A stretch of DNA of 64,000 nucleotides from Octopus vulgaris (Eukaryota): assembly GCA_951406725.2 (NCBI GenBank), contig OX597827.1, positions 15,066,001-15,130,000 of the forward strand, in the 5' to 3' direction. Every line of letters starts with the position of its first letter. Position 1 is the stretch's first letter. The translations under genes were made by a program, and so were the position numbers. Below, piece by piece: positions 14,634-26,921 of the stretch. The notes beneath the pieces are model-generated. The model saw nothing but the letters and a program-made list of their open reading frames with translations, was not told the origin of the DNA and searched no databases.

Positions 14634-14944
14634 TGCACAACACTTTGGGTAAGTGTGTCTTTTATTGTAGCCCTGGGTCAACCAAAGCCTGATAAGTGAA
14701 ATTTGGTAAATGGAAAATGTGTGGAAGCTTGTCAGAAGGAGCAGACAGTTGCAGTTCTTAAATCATAGATTTAATCCATTGATCAGATAAACCACTGGCT
14801 GTGAGCCAGACAATAACTTGGCTCACAACCAATGGTTAACTTTATATGGCAGTTTGACTTGCTAGAAATGAAAGCTAAATCTCCCTCAAATCACACCCAA
14901 TATTCTTTTCTAACTTTGTCATATTAATAAATGATAGTATTTTT

Positions 14945-15308
14945 ATGTACCATCCGAGTGTGATCATTGCCAGAGCGGCTATCTGGCCTCCGTGCCGGTG
15001 GCACATAAAAGACACCATTCGAACATGATCGTTACCAGCATCGCCTTACTGGCACCTGTGCTGGTGGCATGTGTAAAAAGATTCGAGCGAAGTCGTTGCC
15101 AGTACCGCCTGACTGACCCCGTGCCGGTGGCATGTAAAAGCACCCACTACACTCTCAGAGTGGTTGGCATTAGGAAGGGCATCCAGCTGTAGAAACTCTG
15201 CCAGATCAAGATTGAAGCCTGGTGCAGCCATCTGGTTCGCCAGCCCTCAGGCATTCGTCCAACCCATGCTAGCATGGAAAGCGGCCGTTAAACGATGATG
15301 ATGATGAT
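14945..15308 (+). mobile_element. Family R: 3' UTR fragment of RTE-type LINE with (GAT)n tail
   Basis: GTGCCGGTGGCA repeats, GGAAGGGCATCCAGC and CCATGCTAGCATGG. Homologous to the 3' UTR of 44094-45195. Confidence 0.85.
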
Positions 15309-15524
15309 CACAAACATACACACACCAGCCAGCTACATTGTCCTTGTTTCAACACCATAAAATCACTACACACACATACACACATGCATGTATGTATGCA
15401 CACATACACACATGCAGACGTATGCATGCATGCATACATCTATATACACTGACCATGAATTACAAGCATACAGTCAACACACCCATAGATCAAATATGTA
15501 TATTGTCCATGTATTACCACAATA

Positions 15525-15745
15525 CCTATTTCTTTACTATCCACAAGGAGCCAAACACAGAGAGGACAAACAAGGACAGACAAACAGATTAAGTCGATTA
15601 TATCGACCCCAGTGCGTAACTGGTACTTATTTAATCGACCCCGAAAGGATGAAAGGTAAATTCGACCTCAGTGGAATTTGAACTCAGAACGTAACGGCAG
15701 ACGAAATACGGCTACGCATTTCGCCCGGTGTGCTAACGCTTCTGA
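15525..15745 (-). mobile_element. SINE family B (5'-truncated)
   Basis: Similar to other family B copies. Confidence 0.88.
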
Positions 15746-15794
15746 CCAGATACTATCTTACCATTCTAATGCTAAACATAATTACGACATATTG

Positions 15795-16335
15795 GTCACC
15801 ACACACACTGATCATCTACCTACTTGGCCATACACTCACCATATACTGACCAACTGTCTACACTGCTATAAAATCATCATCCATTGACCATCCACCCATA
15901 CTGCCATACAGTCACAACACACTGGCCACCTTCACACACTGTCATACAGCCACTACTCACTGACCACCCACATTCGCTACCATTCTCTCACCACAAACTG
16001 ACCACCTGCCTGCACAGCCATACATTGCCACACACTGACCACCCACCTACACTAGCATACATTAACCAAACACTGGCCACACACCTACACAACCATGCAT
16101 TCTTCATACACTGACCACACACCTGTACTGCCACATAGTCACCACACTGACCACCCACCTACATAACCATACATTCACCACACACTGACCACTACTTGCT
16201 CAGCCTTAGTCACACTGACTACTCCCCCTACTTGGCCATGTAGTCACCACACTCTCCTTGTATCCTTGTCATACAGACCTCCCACATTGACCACACCCTT
16301 ACTTATAGCCACATACACTGACCACCCACTTACAG
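15795..16335. repeat. Degenerate ~35-bp minisatellite (CACACTGACCACCCACCTAC...)
   Basis: CACACTGACCAC-like motif recurs more than 10 times. Confidence 0.8.
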
Positions 16336-16572
16336 AAACTCCTACAAAGCCACTCCAAGTTCAGTCAAACTTCCCATCTTTTACAACCATGCAAACTCCC
16401 ATCTCTAAGCATCCATTTGTGCTAATAGAAATAGCAGCTAAATCTCCCTCAGGCTGCACCCTGATGTTTTACAAATGGAAGTATGCATTGAAGAATGCTG
16501 CAAACTCTGGCTTAAGATACACAATGTCCAAAACGGTGACCGGATGATTAAAGCGGGAACACTTTTGATTAC

Positions 16573-16984
16573 CCTCTTTTACTTGTTTCAGTCATTTGAC
16601 TGCGGCCATGCTGGAGCACCGCCTTTAGTCGAGCAAATCGACCCCAGGACTTATTCTTTATAAGCCTTGTACTTATTCTATCAGTCTCTTTTGCCGAACC
16701 GCTAAGTTACAGGGACATAAACACACCAGCATCGGTCGTCAAGCGATGTTGGGTGGGGGTGGGACAAACACAGACGCAAACACACACACACAAATATATA
16801 TATACATATACATATATACAACAGGCTTCTTTCAGTTTCCATCTACTAAATCCATTCACAAGGCTTTGGTCGGCCCGAGGCTATAGTAGAAGACACTTGC
16901 CCAAGGTGCTACACAATGGGACTGAACCCGGAGCCATGTGGTTGGTAAGCAAGCTACTTACCACAGAGCCACTCCTGCACCTAA
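16573..16984 (-). mobile_element. SINE family A
   Basis: Reverse complement of 6593-6998. Confidence 0.9.
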
Positions 16985-17450
16985 TTTATTATTTTTTTAG
17001 TGTCTTTGGTCAGTAAGTTTTATTTCTTATTTCTTATTTGCTTCTATCTACAAATCAAAGGAAATGACTACTGTTCCCTTCAAACTTTGCTTTTGTGATC
17101 TGGACATGAATGATTTGAAACTCACCTATTTTCCATTACATTTCTGACATATTCAGCACCAAGTTGCTGAAGCAGAAATATCATTATAACAAATATTCTG
17201 CTCAATACCACCTTGACCTTAACCACTTAAACATGTCCCTTAGTGGCTGACAATTATGTGCACTTCTGATGATGAGCAGGAGTAGTGGGGGAGCATCATA
17301 GCCATGTGTTGAGAGGGATTACTTGGGGTTTGAATGAATGTAACAAAAGTAAAGTTTGAAGGAAAAATTAGCCATTTTTCATACTTTCTAGGAGTAAACA
17401 AATAGGAAATAACAACTGCTACCCAAGGAAAAAATATTGTGTTACATAGA

Positions 17451-17860
17451 AGTGGCTGTGTGGTAAGTAGCTTGCTAACCAACCACATGGTTCCGGGTTC
17501 AGTCCCACTGCATGGCATCTTGGGCAAGTGTCTTCTACTATAGCCTCGGGCCGACCAATGCCTTGTGAGTGGATTTGGTAGACGGAAACTGAAAGAAGCC
17601 TGTCGTATATATATATATATATAAACGCATGTGTGTGTTTGTGTTTGTCCCCCAAGTTTGTGTTTGTCCCCCAACCGATGCTGGTGTGTTTACGTCCCCG
17701 TCACTTAGCGGTTCGGCAAAAAGAGACCGATAGAATAAGTACTGGGCTTACAAAGAATAAGTCTCGGAGTCGATTTGCTCGACTAAAGGCGGTGCTCCAG
17801 CATGGCCGCAGTCAAAATGACTGAAACAAGTAAAAGAGTAAAAGAGAGTAAAAAAAGAGA
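17451..17860 (+). mobile_element. SINE family A
   Basis: Matches family A; has a local duplication of GTTTGTGTTTGTCCCCCAA. Confidence 0.9.
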
Positions 17861-18438
17861 GATCGACTCAGTCCGAGCTGAGCTGAGGGTAAACAACAAC
17901 AACAACAAAGTCAGTAACAGATCCAACATCATCATCATCATCATCATCGTTTAACGTCCGCTTTCCATGCTAGCATGGGTTGGACGATTTTGACTGAGGG
18001 CTGGCGAACCAGATGGCTGCACCAGGTTCCAACATATAAAGATATTTCATAAACTGTAGATCAAGACTGTTTGATACAATTGTGTGCATACACTGTTAAC
18101 AATATCCTTGCCATACACGATGCACACATACAATTCACCTTGGTTTTATATAGGATTGTATATTTGGGGTCAAACATTCAATAAGCAAAACCCCTTTTTC
18201 TTTACATATTGATTTCTATTGACTAGGCACAAAGCCAAATTTTGTAAAAGAAAGCTCTATTCATATGAAATAAACCCCATTATATATAGTGACTTGTTTT
18301 ATCAGCCCAAGGGGTATAATATTTCAATGTTAAGTCCTATGAGATTTGAATTCATAACATGGAGATGCAGCTAATTATTGCAAGACTCTGTTAGTTTTGC
18401 CAACTCACCATTCCAATATTGCATACATTAACAATTTA

Positions 18439-18824
18439 GTGGAGGCGCAATGGCTCTGTGGTTAGGGCAGTGGACTCGCGGTCATAGGATCGCGGTTTCG
18501 ATTCCCAGACCGGGCGTTGTGAGTGTTTATTGAGCGAAAACACCTAAAAGCTCCACGAGGCTCCAGCAGGGGATGGTGGTGATCCCTGCTGTACTCTTTC
18601 ACCACAACTTTCTCTCACTCTTACTTCCTGTTTCTGTTGTACCTGTATTTCAAAGGGCCGGCCTTGTCACTCTCTGTGTCACGCTGAATATCCCCAAGAA
18701 CTACGTTATGGGTACATGTGTCTGTGGAGTGCTCAGCCACTTACACGTTAATTTCACGAGCAGGCTGTTCCGTTGATTCGGATCAACCGGAACCCTCGTC
18801 GTCATAACCGACGGAGTGCTTCCA
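18439..18824 (+). mobile_element. SINE family C (tRNA-Arg-like head; possibly related to described octopus OR-type SINEs)
   Basis: A-box TGGCTCTGTGGTTAG, GGACTCGCGGTC loop and B-box GGTTTCGATTCC. TSD ACATTAACAATT at 18425-18436 / 18824-18835. Confidence 0.88.
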
Positions 18825-18929
18825 CATTAACAATTATATTTCTGTTATCAAATGATACCAGTTATTCCTCCTACCACAGGGATATAACACGGTTGATAAA
18901 CTATTTCTACGAAGTATTCTATACTCTTC

Positions 18930-19377
18930 CCTTTACTCTTTTACTTGTTTCGGTCATTTGACTGCGGCCATGCTGGAGCACCGCCTTTAGTCGAGCAAAT
19001 CGACCCCAGGACTTATTGTTTGTAAGCCTAGTACTTATTCTATCGGTCTCTTTTGCCGAACCCCTAAGTTACGGGGACGTAAACACACCAGCATCAGTTG
19101 TCAAGCGATATTGGGGGGACAAACACAGATACACAAACATATACGCACACACATATATATATATATATTTATATATATAAAATGAGAAAATGGAGAAATA
19201 TATCTAAATCAATCATCAATATATATATATATTTATATACATACATATATATATACATACATATATATATACATACATATATATATACATACATATATAT
19301 ATACATACATATATATATACATACATATATACATACATACATATATACATACATATATACATACATACATATATACA

Positions 19378-19413
<36 letters not shown>

Positions 19414-19468
19414 TACATACATATATACATACATACATATATACATACATACATACATACATATATAC

Positions 19469-19499
<31 letters not shown>

Positions 19500-19670
19500 T
19501 ATACATACATATGTGACGGGCTTCTTTCAGTTTCCGTCTACCAAATCCACTCATAAGGCTTTGGTTGTCCCGAGGCTATAGTAGAAGACACTTGCCCAAG
19601 ATGCCACACAGTGGGACTGAACACATAACCATATGGTTCGTAGACAAGCTACTTACCACACAGCCACTCC
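18930..19670 (-). mobile_element. SINE family A with an internal microsatellite region expanded to >350 bp
   Basis: Both SINE halves flank (TACA/TA)n at ~19135-19512. Confidence 0.9.
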
Positions 19671-19949
19671 AGCATTTTATAGTTTCTGTTGTGCTATCTA
19701 TAAATATAGGATATAATGACTACTATTTAGGTGTGAAATTTTATTTAATGAAACAGTGTTTTAATTTACCTAATTAATGTTGATCATACTAATTTTTGGT
19801 AGTAATAATGATTTTTTGCTTTTCTTTTAGTTTTATTTTCTTTTTGTCAGTGTATGCAAAAGGAAAAATATTTTTATATTTCATTTAGGTTATAAATTCA
19901 AGTTGTGTGTGTGTGTGTGTGTGCATGTGTGTGTGTATGTGTGCATATA

Positions 19950-20350
19950 AATTCTTGTATTCTTTTATTTGTTTCAGTCATTTTGACTGTGGCCATGCTG
20001 GAGCACTGCCATTAGTCGAACAAATCAACCCCAGGACTTATTATTTGTAAGCTTAGTACTTATTCTATTGGTCACTTTTGCCAAACCGCTAAGTTAGAGA
20101 GATGTAAACACACCAGCATTGATTGTCAAACAATGGTGCGGTGGTGGGGGGACAAACACAGATACACAAACACACACACACGCGTGCGTGCGCGCTTACG
20201 TGCTTCTTTCAGTTTCCGTCTACCAAATCCACTCACAAGACTTTGGTCGGCCCAAGGCTATAGCAGGAGACACTTGCCCAAGGTGCCATGCAGTAGGACT
20301 GAACCCGGAACCATGTCATTGGTAAGTAGGCTACTTACCACACAGCCACT
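19950..20350 (-). mobile_element. SINE family A
   Basis: Similar to other family A copies. Confidence 0.88.
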
Positions 20351-20367
20351 CATATATATATATATCT

Positions 20368-20720
20368 TAAGGCTGTATCATGCGCGGGGACATAGAAATA
20401 ATCGGACTGAATCCCCGATCGCGCGGTTAAACCATTGGGAGTGAAGGACTCCTAGCCTTTGTTAAGGCATCCTTCTAGGAGAAGGCAACTCAGGCAACTG
20501 GGATAACTCCGACATAAAACTTGCGGCTCAGTGGTTACCAATGATGTTGACTTGTTCTTATTTTCGGATTATGGCTGCTGTTGCTTAGTGAGTGGGATTG
20601 ACTCAGTGCACAGCCTTTCCTCACTTTAAAAAAAAATCTTCTTGCAAAGGCATTGCACGATAACAACATTGATTAAGCTTCGTGCAATGGCCATACTTGA
20701 TAACGAGGGGGCAGCCACCA
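20368..20720 (+). mobile_element. Non-autonomous bipartite retroelement (RTE-like 5' UTR motif plus LINE 3' tail)
   Basis: The last 45 nt match, with 1 mismatch, the 3' end of the zinc-finger LINE fragment at 63441-63485. CTAGGAGAAGGCAACTC resembles RTE 5' UTR motifs. Confidence 0.65.
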
Positions 20721-21048
20721 TATATATATGACAGGCTTCTTTTAGTTTCTATCTAACAAATCCCCTCACAAGGCTTTGATATATATATATAAAATACAAA
20801 ATGGGACAAGAATGCAAAACATCCAGACAGCTAGGTGATACAAAAAGGGACAACAAAACATCCAGATAGACGATACAAAGACAACAAGGACGGGTCGTTC
20901 GAAGTTTTCTTTCCCCAGTCAAGCACCAGATTATCCTCGCTATTTCAGCTGATTATTCTTGAGATTGCTCCAATCTGGCCATCCCCAAGGAAAAACTAAG
21001 CTAAGCGCATTAGATTCCTTGGAAGAAAGCAGTGAATGTATATATATA

Positions 21049-21265
21049 CATGAAGGGGTGTTGAAGAGTTCTTGACTTTAAGGGTATTGCAAAAGGCCTG
21101 GTTAGGGGCCCAACATTCCAAGTTCTTTCACAAGGCTTAGGAAGACTGAAGGACTGCTGCAATAAGTGTGAGAATTTGGGAGGAGAATGTGTTGAATAAA
21201 ATCATAATTAACTAATCTTCCTCTGTATTTTCATTTTACCAGGAACTCTTCAGCACCTTCTCATG
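21049..21265 (+). mobile_element. Mariner-derived MITE
   Basis: TIRs CATGAAGGGGTGTTGAAGAGTTCTTG / CAGGAACTCTTCAGCACCTTCTCATG at a TA site. The internal remnant QGLGRLKDCCNKCENLGGECVE* resembles a mariner transposase C-terminus. Confidence 0.75.
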
Positions 21266-21343
21266 TGTGTGTGTGTGTGTGTGCGTGTGTATATAAATTT
21301 ATAAATAAGGATAATATCGATATATTTGTGTTTATGTGCCCAT

Positions 21344-21416
21344 CTGGTATATTCAACTGATGAAGGCAGAGCTTATTTGAAGCAAAGCTAGAAATCCAGG
21401 ATCTTGAATTATCCAG
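21344..21416 (+). ncRNA. Type I hammerhead-ribozyme-like motif
   Basis: CTGG-TAT-ATTCAA / CTGATGA / helix II / GAAA-TCCAGG-ATC / TTGAAT-TAT-CCAG. Helix II closes with an A.A mismatch. Confidence 0.65.
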
Positions 21417-21559
21417 TAATATCTTTTTGCTAGTTTATTTTGTCTCTCTGTCTTTTCTTATGGTACGATATGAACATTTAAGGTGGTTTATAGAGTTAGG
21501 GTTTTGACTGCTATTTCGGCATGGTGGTGTCTCTCAGATACCTTTATTTATAGTTGTAT

Positions 21560-21850
21560 ATAAAAGCACCATCCGTTCGTGTCCGTTGCCTGCCTCGCCT
21601 GGCCCCCGTGCCGGTGGCACGTAAAAGCACCATCCGTTCATGGCCGTTTGCCAGCTCTGTCTGGCACCTGTGCAGGTGGCATGTAAAAAGCACCCACTAC
21701 ACTCACGGAGTGGTTGGCGTTAGGAAGGGCATCCAGCCGTAGAAACACTGCCAGATCTGACTGGGCCTGATGAAGCCTTCCGGCTTCACAGACCCCAGTT
21801 GAACCGTCCAACCCATGCTAGCATGGAGAGCGGACGCTAAATGATGATGA

Positions 21851-21853
<3 letters not shown>
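21560..21853 (+). mobile_element. Family R (RTE 3' UTR) copy
   Basis: Same motifs and (GAT)n tail. Confidence 0.85.
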
Positions 21854-21906
<53 letters not shown>

Positions 21907-22467
21907 TGTGGGTTTATGACAGGTGTTGAAAGACTAAAGTAGGATAGAGGGATGAGCACAGGTGTCTTGTAATAAAGAGATACATGGCTCCCCCACATAA
22001 TATAAGGGTGAGCGGGAGCAGGGTAGTTGAGAAGGATATGAAAGAAGGTGGTGATGGAGTGCCAGAGAAAAAACTCAAAAGGTACAAGAAGGTGAGATTA
22101 AGGGTGTATATGGACAGTGGGTTGAGGGAGAGGAAGAGAAAGTAGATACTTTCATGAGAATGTGAGGGAAGAATAACAGACAGCTACAGATGGGGGGTGG
22201 AGTGGTGTAGGTAAATTTGTTGAGTGATGAACAAGGGGGCGGAGTGGTTGATGGGAAATATCAGTATTGAGTATATATATATGCAACAGGTGTCTTTCAG
22301 TTTCTGTCTACCAAATCCACTCACAAAGCTTTGGTCGGCCCGAGGCTATAGTAGAAGACACTTGCCCAAGGTGTCACGCAGTGGGACTGAACCCAGATTC
22401 ATGTGGCTGGGAAGCAAGCTTCTAACAACACAGCCACACCTGCACCTATAAATATATATATGTGGTA

Positions 22468-22500
<33 letters not shown>

Positions 22501-22954
22501 AACACATGCATATATAATGTAGTATATATATATATATATGCAACAGGTGTCTTTCAGTTCCTGTCTACCAAATCCATTCAAAAAGTTCTACTAGAAAACA
22601 GAGTGGTATTGAACCTGAAACCATGTGGTCGGAAAGGGAACTTGTTAACCACACAGTCACACCAGAACTTATTATTCGTAATTAACTGAAATTTTCTTCT
22701 TAGCCAGAGAAAGGAAAGTAAACATTCAGCAGCTGATGTTAGTGATTCTCAAAGGAAAGGGGAGATAATTTCAAGAAGCCAGGCATCAATCATTGGAACT
22801 TTGGTTAGGATGCTTAGGAGGAGAACAGTTTGATCCTGATAGGTTGCAAAGCAGAGAGAGAGAGCAGCACGGAATGTGGCAGCAGGGAAACGTTCAGGAG
22901 TCGTAACCTGGATGTGGCCCAGCACCCTTCGAGTGTAAAGAGTTAAATGCCAGC

Positions 22955-23178
22955 TTGCATGAGATGAACTGGCAGTAACATTAGCAGGCCGGGTGAAATG
23001 GTTTGTGGTATTTCGTTCGCCGCTGTGTTCTGAGTTCAAATTCCACCGAGGTCGACTTTGCCTTTCATCCTTTCGGGGTCGATAAATTAAGTACCAGTTA
23101 CGCACTGGGGTCGATGTAATCGGCTTAATCCGTTTGTCCTCTCTGTGTTTAACCCCTTGTGGGTAGTAAAGAAATAGG
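22955..23178 (+). mobile_element. SINE family B
   Basis: Similar to other family B copies. Confidence 0.85.
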
Positions 23179-23354
23179 TATTGGTAGGGATTCTTCTCTG
23201 AAGACCTTCTGCTCTTCAGCTCTCCCTAGAGTTTATTATTGCTTTGTTTACAAGTAAGGGACAAACTGTGAACACGTTTTGGTCTATCATACTTCATCGA
23301 TGTTACTAGTCAAGTACTGAGGTCAGTAAAATTATGTCTCTTGTAAGAGAAAGC

Positions 23355-23697
23355 ATCATCCTCATCATTATCATCATTATCATCATCATCGTTATCATCA
23401 TCATCGTTATCATCATCATCATTATCATCATCATCATTATCATCATCATCCTCATCATCCATTATTATCATTATCATCATCATAATCACACTCATCATCA
23501 ACACTATCATCATCATCATAATCATGCTCAACATCAACACTATCATCATCATCATCAACACTATCACCACCACCACCATCACCACCATCATCACCATCAT
23601 CGTCATCGTCATCATCACCAACATTATCCTTGTTGTCATTATCATCATCATCAGTCATCATCATTGTTGTTGTTGTTGTCATTATTATTGTCATCAT
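23355..23697. repeat. (CAT)n-rich microsatellite
   Basis: Read directly. Confidence 0.93.
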
Positions 23698-23954
23698 TTA
23701 ATGTATACTTTTTCATGCTTGCATGGGTCAGGCCGGATTGGCTGAATCAGATTTCCTCCAGTCGCACTGTTTCCAAGCAAGGCAAAAATCTTACCCTAAT
23801 CTAGGCATGTTTCCTCCATAAGAGATTACAAACAAACAGCTCGGCTTCTATGGCATTGATGCCTCTTTGCAATTAGCATGTGATGTCAAGACAATGAGAC
23901 ACAAACACAAAACTACATACCTGGACACCTTGGCACCTGCATATATATATAGTC

Positions 23955-24305
23955 AATAAAAAAGGGTAAAATTAATTAATTATTAATTAATAATTTTACC
24001 AAGTAGTGTTCAGTATGTAAAAAGACCATTTACGGTATATTTAAAACATTACGTTATATAATTAGGGTTCAGTAAAAAAATTTGCTTTACCACACGCCGA
24101 ACTTTTAGAAATAGCAGCCAAAATATTTTAGCTATTTCCTCTACTATAAGAAAAGTCTACCTGCATGAATTATTTTTGAGTATACATTGTCTGGGAGACT
24201 TTTCTTATAGTAGAGGAAATAACTAAAATTTTTTGGCTGCTATTTCTAAAAGTTCGGTGTGTGGTAAAGTAAATTTTTTTACTGAACCCTAATTATATAA
24301 CATAA
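23955..24305. mobile_element. Fold-back copy of an interspersed repeat (~106-bp inverted arms, 37-bp spacer)
   Basis: Arms at 24053-24158 and 24196-24301. A linear homolog lies at ~59060-59330. Confidence 0.8.
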
Positions 24306-24716
24306 TATATATATATATGTATTTATGTTTATATACAAACATACATATTATATGTGTGTATATTTGCATGTATATATGTATATGAATGCATATATGTATG
24401 TTTGTCTGCTTGTATGTATTTAGGTAAGTACATGGGTATGTATGTTTGTGTGGAAGTGTGTGTGTGTTCATTTTCCTTGTCATTTTTCTTGTCTACAACA
24501 CATCATCTAAATTATCCTCACCTTGATAGTAGTATGTTTATCACATCCTTAGATATGGAGCTCTGAACTATACCAGATCATTAAGCTGACTACCCACATT
24601 TCAAAGGTCTTTTTAACCAGACCAATTGCTCCGAGTCATATAAATAACTACTCAAAAGACTGTCTTTCAATATTCTTTGTATATCAAGGAGTACATTGCC
24701 AGATATATCCTTCCTG

Positions 24717-24947
24717 CGAGCTGGCAGAAATGTTAGCATGCCGGGCGAAATGCCTAGTGATATTTCGTCTGCCGTTACGTTCTGAGTTCAAATTCCGCCA
24801 GGGTCGAATTTGCCTTTCATCCTTTCAGGGTCGATAAATTAAGTACCAGTTACGCACTGGGGTCGATGTAATCGACTTAATCCGTTTGTCTGTCCTTGTT
24901 TGTCCTCCCCTCTATGTTTAGCCCCTTGTGGACAATAAACAAATAAG
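24717..24947 (+). mobile_element. SINE family B
   Basis: TSD AGATATATCCTTCCT on both sides. Confidence 0.9.
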
Positions 24948-25605
24948 ATATATCCTTCCTTCATTTTAAAAAGGTGATGAGAGAAAGAGATGTGGCTACT
25001 ATTTCTGGTAGGTTGAGTACCTGCAGGGGGGGGGTCCCTTTTTGGCTTATAAGACTTAAATTGTTATATAGATGGTGGTAAAAGTATATACAAAAATAAA
25101 ACTAATAAAAATCTAGTGAAAGAAATGCAATGATTTGAAATTACCACTCTTCTGCAAAAGAAAATGTATGAGATTAGATTGCAGAGAGCACAAAGGGCAC
25201 TAACTGTGGTTAGATGACTCATTAAAGATCTAACTTGCAGATATGTGCTTTTTAAAATGTTTATTTATTAAATAAAACTAATCTATAGTAGTAAGATATG
25301 TGATGCCAACAGATATTAAAGAAGGCATGAATGAGTGCTACTAGCTGACTGTAAAGACTAACAATCGTAGCAGCAGCAAAAGAGAGAGAGAGAGACTTAA
25401 AATGATATTGGCAAGTGATCTATGAATATTGTGGTCTAATCAATCAATATTCAAACCATATTATGTAAGTATGATAGAGTCAATTGCTTAATTTGTTTTT
25501 CTTGATAATTAGAGGTAATTCATCAATGGGTAATATTGACTTTGAGAAGGGAATAGGAGTTAGGATGCTGGAACTTTGCCATTGGATTCCAGCCCTGGTT
25601 CAGAT

Positions 25606-25661
<56 letters not shown>

Positions 25662-26000
25662 ATTGTGTACAGTGCTCAGGTGCACTACAACTCATCTAAA
25701 GTGTATGTATAATCAGGTGTAGTTTCGGCGGATTTCGGAAAGCATGAGGGCCTTAAAGGATGCAGTGTCATGGCAGTCAACAACTGACGCAGGCAGTTTG
25801 TTCCATGCTTCAGCAACTCTGAGCGTGAAAAAATGTTTCCGAAAGTCATGGGAGCTGTGTTGTTTTCTGACTTTGTAGGCATGTCCACGTGTGTTAGACA
25901 CATGAAGATCAAAAAGGTGTTCAGTGTTGTTGTTGGTGAGGTGGTTGATAACTACATGTAGCAACAAAATACTCCACATGAATCTTTACCATGTATCCAT
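25606..26000 (-). mobile_element. CR1-clade LINE 3' fragment with (TTA)n tail
   Basis: NTRGHAYKVRKQ...RKHFFTLRVAEAWNKLPASVV is a typical CR1 ORF2 C-terminus. Near-identical copy at 46455-46765. Confidence 0.88.
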
Positions 26001-26033
26001 CTGTCAGATATATTATCTGACTCTGAGAGGTTC

Positions 26034-26243
26034 TATGAAGGGATGCTGAAAAGTTCCTGGCTTTGAGTAAAAGAAAATACAGAAGGACCGATCAGTTAAT
26101 TATGATTTCATTTAACATATTCCTCTCTCAGATTCTCACACTTATTGCAGCAGTCCTTCAGTTTTTCTAAGCCCAGCAAAAGAACTCAGCAGGTTGGACC
26201 CCCAACCAGACCATTCACAATACCCTTAAAGCACTCTTTCATA
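26034..26243 (-). mobile_element. Second mariner-derived MITE copy
   Basis: Reverse-complement homolog of 21049-21265. Confidence 0.7.
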
Positions 26244-26871
26244 GAACAGTGAATTATATTTTCTATGATTAATCCTCCCAGACCTGGGTCTCTGTGTCTA
26301 ATTCTACCCACCACCTGGGCTCCTGAGCAAAAAAAATAAATAGTTGTGGCTGTGTGGTAAGAAGCTTGCTTCCCAACCACATGGCTCTGGGTTCAGCCCG
26401 ACTGTGTGGCACCTTGGACAAGTGTCTTCTACTATAGCCTCAGGCCAACCAGAGCCTTGGGAATGGATTTGGCAGACAGACGTTGAAAGAAGCCTGTCAT
26501 ACATATATATGTGTGTGGTGCGCTGGAACGAGGGCATTTGAATATAACTGTGAATATAATAGGCCGAACTGCTCGTATTTATGACCTCGTGTTAATATCT
26601 GGCGTGCAGTTCAACAAATTATATTTTGTGACGAATCTCACTGATGATCTGTGGATTAATTGTGTAGGTAAAATTGCATAATTTATTAACAGCGAAACAA
26701 TTGTTTGGGGTTAATCTATATTTTTGCTATTTTTCATTTGTCCTGCTCGCTTACGTTCATAGTGTGCTAAATTCTTCTCGAGAACAATTCTTAGTGGTTC
26801 AGACCCTTGCGGATCTATCTTTAGTGTTAGAGCATCCACATAGTGGATTCTCTCTCATATTTGTGTATATA

Positions 26872-26921
<50 letters not shown>

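Noticed and set aside
18439-18515. tRNA-Arg-like gene (also at 27518 and 52023)
   Set aside because: No proper acceptor stem; it continues into a SINE body with TSDs.
20885-20995. Possible double hammerhead on the minus strand
   Set aside because: The cores read TTGGGGA and CTGGGGA and there is no proper NUH or GAAA arrangement. Too degenerate to call, although the island resembles the others.
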